A stretch of 64,000 nucleotides of DNA from Arenicellales bacterium (GTDB taxonomy: Bacteria; Pseudomonadota; Gammaproteobacteria; Arenicellales; JBFEOO01). The position numbers were made by a program, and so were the translations under genes. The notes beneath the pieces are model-generated. The model was not told the origin of the DNA. It saw only the letters and a list, made by a program, of their open reading frames with translations, and ran no database searches. Location: positions 22,598 to 86,597 of the forward strand of contig JBFEOO010000007.1 in assembly GCA_041550555.1 (NCBI GenBank), written 5' to 3'. Below, piece by piece: positions 18,453 to 29,406 of this stretch (position 1 is its first letter; each line of letters opens with the position of its first letter).

Positions 18453-19598
18453 TTGGATACAAGCACACAAGGCTCGGCGACGCTCGCGCTCACCCGCGAG
18501 CTGATCCGGCGCCGGTCCGTCACACCGACCGACGCCGGCTGTCAGAACGTGCTCATCGAGCGCTTACGCCACATCGGCTTCGATGTCGAGCGGCTGCCCT
18601 TCGGAGAGGTCGAGAATTTCTGGGCCCGCCGCGGCAGCGCCACGCCGCTGTTCTGCTTCGCCGGCCACACCGACGTCGTGCCGAGCGGGCCCGAGAGCGA
18701 TTGGATCGCGCCGCCATTCGTCGCCCATCTCGATGGCGGCCTCCTCTATGGGCGTGGCGCCGCCGACATGAAAGGCAGCCTGGCCGCCATGGTGACCGCC
18801 TGCGAGCGATTCGTCGCGCGCCGCCCCCGGCACAGCGGCTCTATTGCTTTTCTGATCACCAGCGATGAAGAGGGCGATGCGCGCGACGGGACACGCCGGG
18901 TCGTCGATCACCTCGAGCGCCGCGCTGAGAAGATAGACTGGTGCCTGGTCGGCGAGCCGTCGAGCGAGCAAACCCTCGGCGATACGGTCAAGAACGGGCG
19001 TCGCGGCTCGCTGACGGGAACGCTGCGCGTGCTGGGAAAGGCGGGTCACGTGGCCTATCCGCGTCTCGTCGACAACCCGATCCATCGTTGCGCCAACCTG
19101 CTGGCGACGCTCGCCGCCCGCCACTGGGACGACGGTGACGAGAATTTCCCGCCGACGACGTTTCAAGTCTCCAACGTCCACGCCGGCAGCGGAGCGGGCA
19201 ACGTCGTTCCCGGGCACGTCGATGTGATGTTCAACTTCCGCTTCTCACCGCAGACGCCCGCCGCGATGCTGCGCACGGCGGTCGAGACGGCGTGCCGAGC
19301 GCACGCGCCCGACTACGAGCTCGACTGGACCCTGTTCGGGGAACCGTTCCGGACCGGACCCGGACGGCTCGTGGACGCGGTGCGTGCCGCCATCGCCTCG
19401 GTGGCGGGTATCGACACGCGCCTCTCGACCGCCGGCGGCACGTCCGACGGCCGCTTCATCGCGCCAACCGGCGCCGAGGTGGTCGAGCTCGGGCCCGTCA
19501 ACGCCACCATTCACAAGCTGAACGAGCACGTGGCCGTCGAGGACCTCGATCGGTTGTCGGCCATCTACGAACGCGTCCTGGACGAACTGCTTTCATGA
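18453..19598 (+). CDS. dapE: Succinyl-diaminopimelate desuccinylase
   Basis: M20 motifs FAGHTDVVP and YGRGAADMKGS. TTG 18453 is in frame, preceded by GGGGAGGG with 7-nt spacing, and gives 381 aa (typical DapE size). The listed 488-aa ORF is over-extended. Confidence 0.85.
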   Translation: MDTSTQGSATLALTRELIRRRSVTPTDAGCQNVLIERLRHIGFDVERLPFGEVENFWARRGSATPLFCFAGHTDVVPSGPESDWIAPPFVAHLDGGLLYGRGAADMKGSLAAMVTACERFVARRPRHSGSIAFLITSDEEGDARDGTRRVVDHLERRAEKIDWCLVGEPSSEQTLGDTVKNGRRGSLTGTLRVLGKAGHVAYPRLVDNPIHRCANLLATLAARHWDDGDENFPPTTFQVSNVHAGSGAGNVVPGHVDVMFNFRFSPQTPAAMLRTAVETACRAHAPDYELDWTLFGEPFRTGPGRLVDAVRAAIASVAGIDTRLSTAGGTSDGRFIAPTGAEVVELGPVNATIHKLNEHVAVEDLDRLSAIYERVLDELLS

Positions 19599-19700
19599 CG
19601 CCGCCTGGCGCGCGCGGCGACTGATCCGGTCCGCTGGCATTTCGCGCTGCGGCGGTCTAAGGTACCCCCTCGCGAATCAACTCTCGCTGAAGAGACTGCC

Positions 19701-20945
<1,245 letters not shown>

Positions 20946-20962
20946 AGAGCCGGCAGGGGGTA

Positions 20963-21598
20963 TCAGGAACGGGTCGGCCAGGCCTCGCTGCCGGTGATGA
21001 GCGTCCACTCGACGAGCTGCCTGATCACCTTGCCGAGCGCTTGATCGAACGCCGCGATGATGGCGGTCATGCCGCCGCCCTCGGCTTCGACGGTGCTCTC
21101 GAAGCTGTGCGACGCGACGATCACCTGCCGCGGCTGCGTGACCAGCTTGGCATTGATGCGCACGCGCACCGTGGGGGCGGATCCGCTCGCTCGGTAGTAT
21201 TCGGCCTGAAACTCCCTGAGCTCCGTCTTGAGGTTGAAATCCGAGCGCAGACCAATGGCCTGCCGCCCCACGGCGACGATCTTGCGGGTGTTCTCGAAGC
21301 TCTCCACGAGCAGCGTCTGCACCATCTTCGGCGCGCGCTCGGTCCAGCGCGAGTCGGCAAAGTACTTGAGCGCGGTGGCGCTGGGACGCAGGGCGATCTG
21401 ACTCGAATCGAGCCCGCCGGCGGCGATCGGCTCCTCGATGATGAGCTGCCAGTCGACCGTCGGCAGACTCTCACCGAACGTGCTCTTCGGCGTCAGGCTG
21501 TACAGATTGGGCGGCGGCCCCGCCACCGGCAGCAAGCTGCCACAACCTGCCAGCAGCAGGGTCAACGCCGCACCGGCATGTCTAGCAGCCCGCATCAT
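20963..21598 (-). CDS. ABC-transport auxiliary lipoprotein (PqiC/YmbA-like)
   Basis: Lipobox LTLLLAGCGS. About 200 aa. Last gene of the Mce/Mla-type operon. Confidence 0.75.
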   Translation of the reverse strand: MMRAARHAGAALTLLLAGCGSLLPVAGPPPNLYSLTPKSTFGESLPTVDWQLIIEEPIAAGGLDSSQIALRPSATALKYFADSRWTERAPKMVQTLLVESFENTRKIVAVGRQAIGLRSDFNLKTELREFQAEYYRASGSAPTVRVRINAKLVTQPRQVIVASHSFESTVEAEGGGMTAIIAAFDQALGKVIRQLVEWTLITGSEAWPTRS

Positions 21599-21759
21599 TC
21601 ACGAGACCACGGCTGAAGCCCACTATTCGAATCGACCGCGATTCGCTCGCGGCATCCGGCTCAAGGCACGCCGTGCAATCCGACGGGACGCCGGCTCCGT
21701 CGCCGTAGCGAGCGTCATCCGAACACATGATCGACGACATCATCCTCCAGCGCATCACA

Positions 21760-22725
21760 TCACTCCGGCGCGAAGCCCGAGCCTTGACCGCCGAAGAAGT
21801 ACCTCACCCCCTGCGCCTCAACGCGCTCGGTCACGCGCGACAGCCCCGCCACGAGCAGACGTGCCTCGGTGATGAATCGCTCGAACTCATTGAGACCGTC
21901 TCCGGTGAAATCTTTCAGAGGCTCCTTGTTGTCAGCCAATATCTGCTCGGCCTCGCTCGCCAACGCCTCGAACCGCTGAGCGGCGCCGCGCAGGTCGCCG
22001 ACCAGCGCCTTGACGTCGTTATCGAGCAAGCTGCCGGCGCCGTCGAGCAGGCCGTCCACCTTGCCGGCGACGGCGTTGATGGAGGCCGCCGTCTCGGCGA
22101 TGTCGCCGCTCGCCCGGTCGATCGCGTCGATCACGCGCTCGAGCTGCGGGCGACTCTCGCTCAGCATGCCGGTCAACGCGTTGACGTCGGCGAGGATCTC
22201 ACCGACTGCGGCCCGGTTGGACTCGTCGAACACGAGCGCGAGGCGCGTGGTCACCTCTCTCGCCTGTGCAATCAGATCGGGCACGCCCTGCAGCAGCTGC
22301 TCGAGCTCCGAAGGGCGGGAAGGCACAACCGGCGCCGGCTCTCCCTCGCGGGCCGCCAACGGCGGGCTGTCCGCCAAGGCGCCCTCGATGTTGATGAAGG
22401 CGACGCCGGTGATCCCGAAGATCTTGAGCGTCGCGACGTCACCCTCACGCAGCACAACGCCGGGATCGATCTCGATGCGCACCGCCGCCAGGCGGGGATC
22501 GTACGCTTTGACACGGATGTCGACGACCTTACCGATCTTGATGCCGCGATAGCGCACCTCGCCGCCAACCGTCAGCCCGGTGACCGATTCCTCGAAATAC
22601 GCGTCGTAGTACGAGCGTGCACCGCCCACCTCGATCCGGGCGAGCCAAATGACGAACGCGAACGCGCCGATCACGACCAGCAGCACGAAGCTGCCGATGA
22701 GCAGATAGCTGGCTCGCGTCTCCAT
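21760..22725 (-). CDS. MlaD/Mce-domain protein
   Basis: N-terminal TM METRASYLLIGSFVLLVVIGAFAFVIWL, then Mce domain VTGLTVGGEVRYRGIKIGKVVDI. Long helical C-terminus. Confidence 0.85.
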   Translation of the reverse strand: METRASYLLIGSFVLLVVIGAFAFVIWLARIEVGGARSYYDAYFEESVTGLTVGGEVRYRGIKIGKVVDIRVKAYDPRLAAVRIEIDPGVVLREGDVATLKIFGITGVAFINIEGALADSPPLAAREGEPAPVVPSRPSELEQLLQGVPDLIAQAREVTTRLALVFDESNRAAVGEILADVNALTGMLSESRPQLERVIDAIDRASGDIAETAASINAVAGKVDGLLDGAGSLLDNDVKALVGDLRGAAQRFEALASEAEQILADNKEPLKDFTGDGLNEFERFITEARLLVAGLSRVTERVEAQGVRYFFGGQGSGFAPE

Positions 22726-23520
22726 TCAGGCGGCTCTGTCGGTGTCGTTGCGCAGACCGCGCGCGCGCGGTCCGTGAAAATACTCCCGCACCCAGGGATG
22801 CTCGACCTGCAACATATCCGCCATCGTTCCGGCAAGCAACACGCGCCGCTCTGCCAGCACGGCAATCCGGTCGCATATCGCGTGCAAGCTGTCGAGGTCG
22901 TGCGTGACCATCATCACGGTCAGTCCGAGCGCCTCGCTGAGCTCTGCCACCAGCTGGTCGAGCCCGGCGGCGCCGATCGGATCGAGACCCGCCGTCGGCT
23001 CGTCGAGGAAGACGATCTCGGGGTCGAGCGCGAGCGCCCGCGCGATGCCGGCGCGCTTACGCATGCCGCCGGAGAGCTCCGAGGGGTACTTCCCGGCGGC
23101 GTCGGGCGACAGTCCAACCATGGCGATCTTGAGCGCGGCGATCTCGTCCATGAGACGCTGCGGCAGTGACGTGTGCTCGCGCAGCGGCACCTGCACGTTC
23201 TGCCTGACGGTCAACGAGCTGAACAGCGCTCCGTCCTGAAACGCCACCCCCCAGCGCCGTTCGTAGGGCCGGCGTTCGCTGTCGGACAGCGTCGAGAGAT
23301 CTGCGCCGAACACCTCCACCGAGCCGGCCACGGGGCGCAGCAGCCCGACGATGGCGCGCAGCAGCACTGACTTGCCCGTTCCCGATCCGCCGACCACCCC
23401 CAGCACCTCGCCGCGCAGCACGTCGAGATCGAGATCCTCGTGCACGACGTGCGTGCCGAAGCGCGTCGTCAACGAGCGGACGCGGATGACAGGCTCGTTG
23501 GTGTCTACCCCCTTTTTCAC
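22726..23520 (-). CDS. ABC transporter ATP-binding protein (MlaF-like)
   Basis: Walker A GGSGTGKSV, signature LSGGMRKRAGIARAL, Walker B IVFLDEPTAGLD. GTG start preceded by GAGGGTGAGG. Confidence 0.9.
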   Translation of the reverse strand: MKKGVDTNEPVIRVRSLTTRFGTHVVHEDLDLDVLRGEVLGVVGGSGTGKSVLLRAIVGLLRPVAGSVEVFGADLSTLSDSERRPYERRWGVAFQDGALFSSLTVRQNVQVPLREHTSLPQRLMDEIAALKIAMVGLSPDAAGKYPSELSGGMRKRAGIARALALDPEIVFLDEPTAGLDPIGAAGLDQLVAELSEALGLTVMMVTHDLDSLHAICDRIAVLAERRVLLAGTMADMLQVEHPWVREYFHGPRARGLRNDTDRAA

Positions 23521-23694
23521 GCCTCACCCTCGCTCGGAGCGGCACCTGCAGGCTAACGGATCGCCCGTCGGGCGGCAAGCCGCGGCGACGCTGCCGCGCG
23601 CCGAACACGACGCCGACGGAGACAAACCGGTCGTAGCGCACGCTGGCTCCGGACGCCTGAAACCCGGGGCGCGGCCGCTGCGCAAGGCAGCGTA

Positions 23695-24855
23695 TCAGAT
23701 GCCGATCACGCCGAAGAAGACGGAGAACAGCGCGTCGGCAATGATCACCAGGAATATCGACTCGACCACGGAACGAGTCGTACGCTGCCCCACCGACTCC
23801 GCGCTGCCCTGCACCTGGAATCCTTCGAAACAGCCCACGATGGCGATGAGCGCTCCGAACACCGGCGCCTTGACGATCCCCACCCAGAAGGTCCACAGCC
23901 CGACACCGTCCTTGACCCGCTCGAGAAAAGCCTCCGGAGGGATGTCCAGGGCGATCCAGCACATGATAGCGCCGCCGAGCAGACCCATGATATCCGCGAG
24001 AAAAGCCAGCAACGGCAGCATGACGATCAGCGCAAAGGTGCGGGGCAGCACCAACACCTCGAGGGGATCGATGCCGAAGGTTCGCATGGCGTCGATCTCC
24101 TCGCGAACCTTCATCGACCCGATCTGGGCCGCGAAGGCGCTGCCCGAGCGACCGGCGACGATGATCGCCGTCAGCAGGATGCCCAGCTCGCGCAGCACGG
24201 AGATCGCGACGAGATCGACCGTGAAGATCTCCGCGCCGAACTGACGCAACTGCAGAGCGCCCTGGTAGGCGAGCACGATGCCGATCAGGAACGCGAGCAG
24301 GCTGACGATGGGCACGGCGTTCAGCCCGACCTGCTCCATGTGAAAGACGGTGGACGTGAAACGCAGCCGCCCCGGATGCAATGCGCTGCGCACGAGCACC
24401 ACAAACACGTTGCCCAAGAACGCCACCAGCTCTCCGGCCGTTATTATCAGCCGCAGCGTGTTCGCTCCCACCGACGCGACGATTCTGATCAGCGCGTTGG
24501 GCATCAGCGACGCGGGTCGCGGCGCGACGTAGCTCGAGGCGACTCGCTTGAGAATGGCCGCGAAGCGCGGGTCCACGCCGGTCAGCCGCACCGAGGTGCG
24601 GCGCTCGCGCTGGGCGCGCACCGTGCGCACCAGCAGCCACGCACCGGCGGTATCCAACGTGTTGATACCGGCGAGATCGAGCACGAGGTGCTGCAGACCG
24701 TCGAGCTCGAGCGCTGCCAGCGCTCGGTCGAGCTCCGCCGCGTGTTCGACGGTCCACTCGCCGTTCACCGACACATGGGCTTGGTCCGCCGCGCGGGAGA
24801 TTACCGTCACGGCCGAAGCGTCGGCTGCGCCGGCACGGAGTGTTTCGTGGCTCAT
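23695..24855 (-). CDS. MlaE-family permease with N-terminal STAS-like domain
   Basis: About 110 N-terminal residues (VSVNGEWTVEHAAELDRALAALELDGLQHLVLDLAGINTLDTAGAWLLV) look like an anti-sigma-antagonist/STAS fold, followed by the MlaE membrane core. Confidence 0.85.
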   Translation of the reverse strand: MSHETLRAGAADASAVTVISRAADQAHVSVNGEWTVEHAAELDRALAALELDGLQHLVLDLAGINTLDTAGAWLLVRTVRAQRERRTSVRLTGVDPRFAAILKRVASSYVAPRPASLMPNALIRIVASVGANTLRLIITAGELVAFLGNVFVVLVRSALHPGRLRFTSTVFHMEQVGLNAVPIVSLLAFLIGIVLAYQGALQLRQFGAEIFTVDLVAISVLRELGILLTAIIVAGRSGSAFAAQIGSMKVREEIDAMRTFGIDPLEVLVLPRTFALIVMLPLLAFLADIMGLLGGAIMCWIALDIPPEAFLERVKDGVGLWTFWVGIVKAPVFGALIAIVGCFEGFQVQGSAESVGQRTTRSVVESIFLVIIADALFSVFFGVIGI

Positions 24856-24951
24856 CGCAGGTCGTCGCGTGTTCTCGTCGTTCTCGCCGCACGAGCGAGC
24901 GACGCCACAGCTCGCTTGCCGACCCGGGTTGCACCTCTGCGCCCTGCGGCA

Positions 24952-24971
24952 ACATTACGCAACCGTAATGT
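24952..24971. promoter_or_regulatory. 8-4-8 palindrome ACATTACGcaacCGTAATGT
   Basis: Perfect inverted repeat in the divergent region between the permease gene (start 24855, minus) and degP (start 25083, plus). Confidence 0.4.
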
Positions 24972-25082
24972 GCCGTTCACGTCCCGGTAAGCGAAGGTTC
25001 TCTACGGTAGAAGAGTTCGTAGAGCGCTGGCGATCGCACGCCGGCCCCGCGCATCAAGTGAGACATCAGAGCACAGAGGAGT

Positions 25083-26609
25083 TTGCCCATGCGCACTCAT
25101 ATTTTGCAAGACCGCCACGCAACCAGGACCAAGGCCTTGGCGGCCGCCGTAGCCGCGGTCGCCATCACCGCGGTGGGCCTGTCGCAGCTCGCGACACCGG
25201 TACTCGCGACCGCATTGCCCTCTGAGTCAGGGCCGGCGTCGGCGCCTGCCGGCCAGCCGGGAAGCTTCGCCGACCTCGTCGAGCGCGTGCAGCCCGCGGT
25301 GGTCAGCATTGCCACCTCTGGCGCGGCGGTCACAGCGCCGACGCCGCCGCAGGAGCGGTTCCGGTTCCCGCCGGGCTCCTCGCTCGACGAGTTCATGCGG
25401 CGCTTCTTCGAGCAAGCACCCATGGATCAGCCTTGGGCGATGCCCAAAACCAACGCCGTTGGTTCGGGATTCATCATCGACGCCGCCGGGCACGTGGTCA
25501 CCAACCGCCATGTCATCGACGGTGCCGAGCAGATCACCGTGATTCTGAGCGACGGCACCGAGCTCGAGGCTACGCTTAAGGGCGCCGACACCAAGACCGA
25601 CCTGGCTCTGCTCGAGGTCGAGGCCGACCGACCGCTCCCCTACGTCGAGTTCGGCGACTCGGACAGCGCCCGCGTCGGCGACTGGGTGGTCGCCATTGGC
25701 AACCCGTTCGGTCTCGGCGGGACGACGACCACGGGGATCATCTCCGCCCGTGGTCGAGATCTCAACGCCGGTCCCCTCGACGACTTCATCCAGATCGACG
25801 CCCCGCTCAACCGAGGCAACTCCGGTGGACCGCTGTTCGACACACAGGGCAGAGTGATCGGCGTCAACACGGCGATCTTCTCTCCCAACGGCGGCAATGT
25901 CGGAATCGGTTTCGCCATCCCGGCGAGCCTCGCGCAAAGCGTCGTCACCAGCCTCCGCGAAAACGGCTTCGTCGACCGCGGTTGGCTCGGCGTACAGATC
26001 CAGGCGGTCTCCGCGGACATCGCCGAGTCGCTCGGTCTGCCGGAGGCGACCGGGGCGCTGGTGGTCGAGGTCGTGCCGGGTGGTCCCGCCGATCGGGCCG
26101 GCTTGAAGGCGGGTGACGTGATAAGGCGCTATGACGGCGAGCCGGTGGAGCGCATGCGCGAGCTGCCGCGCCTCGTGAGCGCCACGCAGCCGGACACCGT
26201 GGTCGAGATCGAGGTGCATCGTGACGGGGCCGATCAGACCCTCGCCGTCACCATCGAGCAGACCGAGGACGAGCAGCGGGTCCTCGCCGGTGCCCGAACG
26301 GGCAGCGGTGAGCACGCGGGCGAGCTGGGTCTGCGTCTCGCCGAGCTCGATCCCGATGCTCGTGCACGCTACGGCATCGACAACGATCGCCAAGGCGTGC
26401 TGATCGCCGGCGTACGCGCCGGGAGCCCCGCGGCACAGCAGGGGCTCCGTCCCGGCGACCTCATTCGTCAGGTCAACCGGACGGTCGTTTCCGAGCCGGG
26501 CGACGTGGTCGCTGAGGTCAAGCAAACGCGCTCTGGCGACCGCAAGGTGGTGCTGATGCAGATAGAGCGCGGCGGTCAGAGCCGGTTCGTCGCGCTGCGC
26601 ATAGCGTAG
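25083..26609 (+). CDS. degP: Do/DegP/HtrA-family periplasmic serine endoprotease with two PDZ domains
   Basis: Catalytic triad contexts HVVTNRHVI, DLALLEV and GNSGGPLF. Two PDZ-like segments. Signal peptide. SD AGAGGAG upstream. Confidence 0.9.
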   Translation: MPMRTHILQDRHATRTKALAAAVAAVAITAVGLSQLATPVLATALPSESGPASAPAGQPGSFADLVERVQPAVVSIATSGAAVTAPTPPQERFRFPPGSSLDEFMRRFFEQAPMDQPWAMPKTNAVGSGFIIDAAGHVVTNRHVIDGAEQITVILSDGTELEATLKGADTKTDLALLEVEADRPLPYVEFGDSDSARVGDWVVAIGNPFGLGGTTTTGIISARGRDLNAGPLDDFIQIDAPLNRGNSGGPLFDTQGRVIGVNTAIFSPNGGNVGIGFAIPASLAQSVVTSLRENGFVDRGWLGVQIQAVSADIAESLGLPEATGALVVEVVPGGPADRAGLKAGDVIRRYDGEPVERMRELPRLVSATQPDTVVEIEVHRDGADQTLAVTIEQTEDEQRVLAGARTGSGEHAGELGLRLAELDPDARARYGIDNDRQGVLIAGVRAGSPAAQQGLRPGDLIRQVNRTVVSEPGDVVAEVKQTRSGDRKVVLMQIERGGQSRFVALRIA

Positions 26610-26774
26610 CCATGGCGCACGCACGCTGAGGCGTTCGCCATGACGCCGAGGGGGGCGGGACGGCAAACCGTCGCGCCCCCCAGCGCGCTGCGACCGCCCG
26701 CCGGCTGGCAAATACGCGTGCGCGATGCGACCATTGCTGCCGCGCCGCCACCCCACATTCGACGCCGGGCTCGC

Positions 26775-27452
26775 ATGCGTATCCTGCTGATTGAGGACGA
26801 TCCGGACACTGCCGCCTACATCCGGCGCGGATTGACCGAATCCGGGCACACCGTCGACGCGGTGGCCGACGGCGACGAGGGGCTGCTGCTGGCGACCGGC
26901 GAGCGCTACGATGTCATGATCGTCGACCGCATGCTGCCCGGCCGCGACGGCCTGTCGATCGTCGCCGCAGTCCGCGAGCAGGGCGGCACCCTGCCGGTGC
27001 TCATCCTGAGCGCGCTCGGCGAAGTCGATGACCGCGTCAAGGGGCTCCGTGCCGGCGGTGACGACTATCTCACCAAACCCTTTGCCTTTGCCGAGCTGCT
27101 CGCTCGGCTCGAGGCGCTGTTGCGCCGGCGCGACTATCCGGCCAGCCAGACCCAGCTCGCCGTGGGCGATCTGAGCATGGACCTGCTCTCGCGCGAGACC
27201 CGCCGCGGCGACCGCAAGATCGACCTGCAACCGCGCGAGTTTCGTCTGCTCGAGTACCTGATGCGCCACAGCGGCCAGGTCGTGACGCGCACGATGCTGC
27301 TGGAGAACGTCTGGGACTACCATTTCGACCCGCAGACCAACGTCATCGACGTGCACATCAGCCGGCTGCGGGCCAAGATCGACAAGGGCTTCGAGCAGCC
27401 GTTGCTGCACACCGTGCGCGGCGCGGGCTACATGCTGCGGGCGCCCGGGTGA
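26775..27452 (+). CDS. OmpR-family response regulator
   Basis: MRILLIEDDPD..., phospho-acceptor context VMIVDRMLPGRDG, winged-helix C-terminus LTRTMLLENVWDYHFDPQTNVIDVHISRLRAKI. Confidence 0.9.
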   Translation: MRILLIEDDPDTAAYIRRGLTESGHTVDAVADGDEGLLLATGERYDVMIVDRMLPGRDGLSIVAAVREQGGTLPVLILSALGEVDDRVKGLRAGGDDYLTKPFAFAELLARLEALLRRRDYPASQTQLAVGDLSMDLLSRETRRGDRKIDLQPREFRLLEYLMRHSGQVVTRTMLLENVWDYHFDPQTNVIDVHISRLRAKIDKGFEQPLLHTVRGAGYMLRAPG

Positions 27453-27557
27453 GTGATGGCCTTGCAGTGCATCGAACTCATCATCCCGGTGCAGGTGCCA
27501 CCGTTGTCGAGACCGAACAGCCGCCGTCGCACATCGGCTGCCGAGTAGGCCGACCAC

Positions 27558-28964
27558 ATGTCGATCCGCCCGGCACTGATCCGAAGCTCCACATTCCGCC
27601 TGGCACTCATGTACCTGGCGCTGTTCGGCGCGTCGGTGATGCTGCTGCTCGGATTCATCTACTGGTTTACCGCCGGCTACATGGCCCGGCAAGCCGACGC
27701 GACCATCGAGCGGGAGCTCGAAGGGCTCGCCGCGCGCTATGAGTTCGGCGGCATCGCCGGCCTGAGCGCACTGATCGGGGAGCGCGTTGCCCGCCAACGG
27801 CCGACGGGCACGTCGCTGTATCTGCTGGTTGACGCCCGCTACCAGCCGCTCGTCGGCAACCTCAACGCCTGGCCCGGCGTCGAGCCCAACCGCGACGGCT
27901 GGCTGGTGTTCCGCCTCGAGGGCGAGGGGCGCACGGGGGCCGATGTGCACGCCGCTCGCGCTCGCTCCTTCGCGCTGCCGGGCGGGTTCCGACTGCTCGT
28001 CGGCCGCGACGTCCACGAGCTCGAGGCGCTGCGCCGTGTCACCCTTCGAACGATGGCGTGGGGGCTCGCCATCACGGTGATCCTGGGTCTGATCGGCGCC
28101 ATGCTGATGACACGCGGCCTGCTGCGGCGCATCGAAGCCATCAACGCGACCAGCCGCGAGATCATGTCCGGGGACCTGTCGCGGCGGGTGCCCAGCCACC
28201 ACAGCGGAGACGACTTCGATCAGCTCGCAGACCATCTCAACGGCATGCTCGATCAGATAGAGTCGCTGATGGAGGGCGTACGCCGCGTCTCCGACAACGT
28301 CGCCCACGATCTGCGCACGCCGCTGGCGCGGCTGCGCAATCACCTCGAGACCGCGCGCATGCAGGATGCCGACGCCGAGACCCGGCGACGCATGCTGGAC
28401 AAGGCGCTGGCGGATGCCGACGGCCTCCTCGCCACTTTCAATGCGCTGCTGCGCATTGCCCGCATCGAGGCGGAAGAGCGCCGTGCCGGGTTCGCACCCG
28501 TCGAGCTGGCCACGTTGATTGCCGATGTCGCCGAGCTCTACGAGCCGCTCGCCGAGGAGAAGGCACAGCGGCTGCTGACCGAGATCGCCTCGCGCCCGAC
28601 GGTGTCCGGCGACCGCGACCTGCTGTTCCAGGCCCTCGCCAATCTCGTCGACAATGCCATCAAGTACACGCCGGCGCAGGGGACGGTGCGCATCGCCCTG
28701 GGGGCGACGGACACCGAGGTGGCCGTCACCGTCGCCGACTGCGGTCCGGGCATTCCCGAAGGTTATCGGGAGAAAGTCTTCCAGCGTTTCTTTCGAATCG
28801 ATCCGAGCCGCACCGGTCCGGGCAGCGGCCTCGGCCTGAGCCTGGTCGCCGCCGTCGCCCGGCTGCACCACGCCCGCATCGAGCTGGGCGACGCCCAGCC
28901 GGGGCTCACGGTGAGGCTGTCCTTTCCCTTGTCCGAGCTTCCGCCTAATCGAGAACGAAAGTGA
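27558..28964 (+). CDS. Sensor histidine kinase (two TM, HAMP, HisKA, HATPase)
   Basis: H-box VSDNVAHDLRTPLARL, N-box LANLVDNAIKYT, G-boxes DCGPGIP and GSGLGLSLV. Confidence 0.9.
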   Translation: MSIRPALIRSSTFRLALMYLALFGASVMLLLGFIYWFTAGYMARQADATIERELEGLAARYEFGGIAGLSALIGERVARQRPTGTSLYLLVDARYQPLVGNLNAWPGVEPNRDGWLVFRLEGEGRTGADVHAARARSFALPGGFRLLVGRDVHELEALRRVTLRTMAWGLAITVILGLIGAMLMTRGLLRRIEAINATSREIMSGDLSRRVPSHHSGDDFDQLADHLNGMLDQIESLMEGVRRVSDNVAHDLRTPLARLRNHLETARMQDADAETRRRMLDKALADADGLLATFNALLRIARIEAEERRAGFAPVELATLIADVAELYEPLAEEKAQRLLTEIASRPTVSGDRDLLFQALANLVDNAIKYTPAQGTVRIALGATDTEVAVTVADCGPGIPEGYREKVFQRFFRIDPSRTGPGSGLGLSLVAAVARLHHARIELGDAQPGLTVRLSFPLSELPPNRERK

Positions 28965-29145
28965 CTTTCAGGTTCACCCTGTAGGCCGAGACCTTACCCT
29001 CGCTGACAACGACCTGCTGCTCCTGTACCCACGCGCCGCGAACGTTGTGCACACTGTCGGTCGCCCGTGCAATACCCTGGCGGATGGCGTCCTCGAAGCT
29101 GTCCGTCGACTCAGCGGTGATTTCGATCACTTTAGCGACTGCCAT
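28945..29145 (-). CDS. Dodecin-family flavin-binding protein
   Basis: 66 aa, MAVAKVIEITAESTDSFEDAIRQGIARA...YRVNLKVTFVLD. Strong SD AAGAGGAGAA. The 3' end overlaps the histidine kinase 3' end by 20 nt (convergent). Confidence 0.8.
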   Translation of the reverse strand: MAVAKVIEITAESTDSFEDAIRQGIARATDSVHNVRGAWVQEQQVVVSEGKVSAYRVNLKVTFVLD

Positions 29146-29213
29146 CTGATTTCTCCTCTTGGCGGTGGCTGATGGGACATCCACGTCAGTACCCATCCGA
29201 CTCCCCAAGCAAA

Positions 29214-29219
29214 ATTATA
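29214..29219 (-). promoter_or_regulatory. Candidate -10 box (perfect TATAAT) for the dodecin gene
   Basis: The reverse strand reads GGTATAATTTTG, 68 nt upstream of ATG 29145. No good -35. Confidence 0.4.
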
Positions 29220-29406
29220 CCGCCCGCGTCCTCCCAGGGAGATGACCGAGATCACGCGTCCCCGTCGGGGTCGCTCCCACCCCCGGGCGACGTCCGTCAC
29301 GGCGGCGTCGCCGGAGCAACTTCCGGCGCGCGAACCTCGTCCCCCCGCGATGCTGTGCCGCCGGCGAGGATGCGCCGCCCCGGCGAGCCCTGAGCTCAGG
29401 CGTGAC

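Noticed and set aside
25227-28871. Giant 1214-aa minus-strand ORF, the longest in the track
   Set aside because: It runs antisense across three plus-strand genes with unambiguous motifs (DegP GNSGGP, the OmpR-type regulator, and the histidine kinase H/N/G boxes). Its translation is Arg/Ala/Gly/Asp-rich with no domain signature. It is a typical stop-codon-poor shadow frame of high-GC DNA.
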